From a virus (lineage: Duplodnaviria; Caudoviricetes), in IMG/VR virus record IMGVR_UViG_3300012940_000102, positions 1-24,613 of that record: a stretch of DNA of 24,613 nt; one strand, written 5' to 3'. The notes under the pieces are model-generated. The model did no database searches. It was not told where the DNA came from and worked only from the letters and a program-made list of their open reading frames with translations. A program made the position numbers and the translations under genes. Shown in pieces: positions 24,076 through 24,613 of the stretch. How positions within the stretch are numbered: the first letter of the stretch is position 1; every line of letters starts with the position of its first letter.

Positions 24076-24384
24076 ATGAGCTACAACCTCTCCCCTTTTG
24101 AGGCGCTGGAAAAGGCAGTTGCCATCGCCGGTTCGCAAGCCGCGCTCGGCAAGATTTGCGGCGTCTCGCAGACCGCAGTCTGGAAATGGCTGCAGAGCTC
24201 GAAGCGCGTTCCGGCGGAATATGTGTTGGCGACCGAAGCCGCGACCGGCGTTTCGAGGCACCATCTGCGCCCCGACATCTACCCCCGCGAGACCATGGTC
24301 GACGGCCATGTCGAGGATCGCTTCTGCGGCATTGATCTGCGCCGGGGCGACAGGCGCGAAGCCGAACGCCGGAAGGTCGCCTGA
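24076..24384 (+). CDS. cro: Cro-like (YdaS-type) transcriptional regulator
   Basis: ALEKAV..AGSQAALGKICGVSQTAVWKW and ATGVSRHHLRPDIY. Divergent from cI. Confidence 0.92.
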   Translation: MSYNLSPFEALEKAVAIAGSQAALGKICGVSQTAVWKWLQSSKRVPAEYVLATEAATGVSRHHLRPDIYPRETMVDGHVEDRFCGIDLRRGDRREAERRKVA

Positions 24385-24412
24385 CCATGGCCGGGGGGCT
24401 CCATCATCATCC

Positions 24413-24540
24413 GATTGGCGGAACCATCCACCCGCCAATCCGGCGCGCCGCGATTCTTCCGGCGGCGCAGCCGGACTGCGAACAGGCCGTGGGGGCGGAG
24501 ACGCCCCTCCCCACGGCCCCTGCGGCCTGTTCGCCCTTTG
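24413..24540 (+). other. Array of three stem-loops downstream of cro (possible terminator/antiterminator RNA)
   Basis: Stems 24413-24440, 24439-24475 and 24478-24534. The last has 12 perfect base pairs and is followed by CCTTTG. Confidence 0.55.
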
Positions 24541-24613
24541 CATCTGACGCGCCCCCTTGCGGCCTCTGCGCGGTCACCCCTGCCCGCCGCTGCTGCCTGG
24601 CGCTTGCTGCCAG

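Larger units (their letters stand above)
1..24613. mobile_element. P2-like prophage (partial; extends beyond both window edges)
   Basis: Contiguous P2-type head, tail and lysis genes plus a cI/cro switch. Portal, terminase ATPase, integrase, replication genes and att sites are not in the window. Confidence 0.96.

Noticed and set aside
23991-24077. Longer cI start at 24077 from the ORF track
   Set aside because: It would run through the operators and overlap the cro start; the HTH begins just after Met 23990.
24387-24613. Open frame from ATG 24387 running off the window end
   Set aside because: Low-complexity Pro/Ala/Cys translation with no RBS or motif over a strongly structured region. It cannot be confirmed or excluded without downstream sequence.
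1-24613. CRISPR arrays, tRNA/rRNA genes, IS elements, att sites
   Set aside because: No repeat-spacer array, cloverleaf, transposase or integrase was recognised by eye; dedicated scans were not run.

Overview
High-GC window holding the morphogenesis, lysis and immunity part of a P2-like (contractile-tailed) prophage. The host is probably an alphaproteobacterium such as a sphingomonad; this is inferred from composition and protein style only. The + strand carries O-N-M-L-X, a lysis cassette, R-(orphan ORF)-S, J-I-H and a beta-helix tailspike, then an inverted three-gene moron, then V-W-FI-FII-E/E'-T-U-D. Relative to P2, V-W have moved in front of the sheath gene. Both rearranged late blocks start with the same TGT-N13-ACA activator-like motif. 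Between gpD and the immunity switch lies an accessory island. A DUF5131 (CX6CX2C) gene converges on and overlaps its usual TcmP methyltransferase-like partner. A trypsin-like protease and a Zn-ribbon membrane protein sit directly downstream of a lambdoid HTH-S24 cI repressor, a layout like lambda cI-rexAB. The cI/cro switch has three 18-bp operators spaced exactly 24 bp apart. The D-to-cI island is the best candidate for an undescribed prophage defence or exclusion system. All family calls come from motif recognition and synteny; no database search was run.
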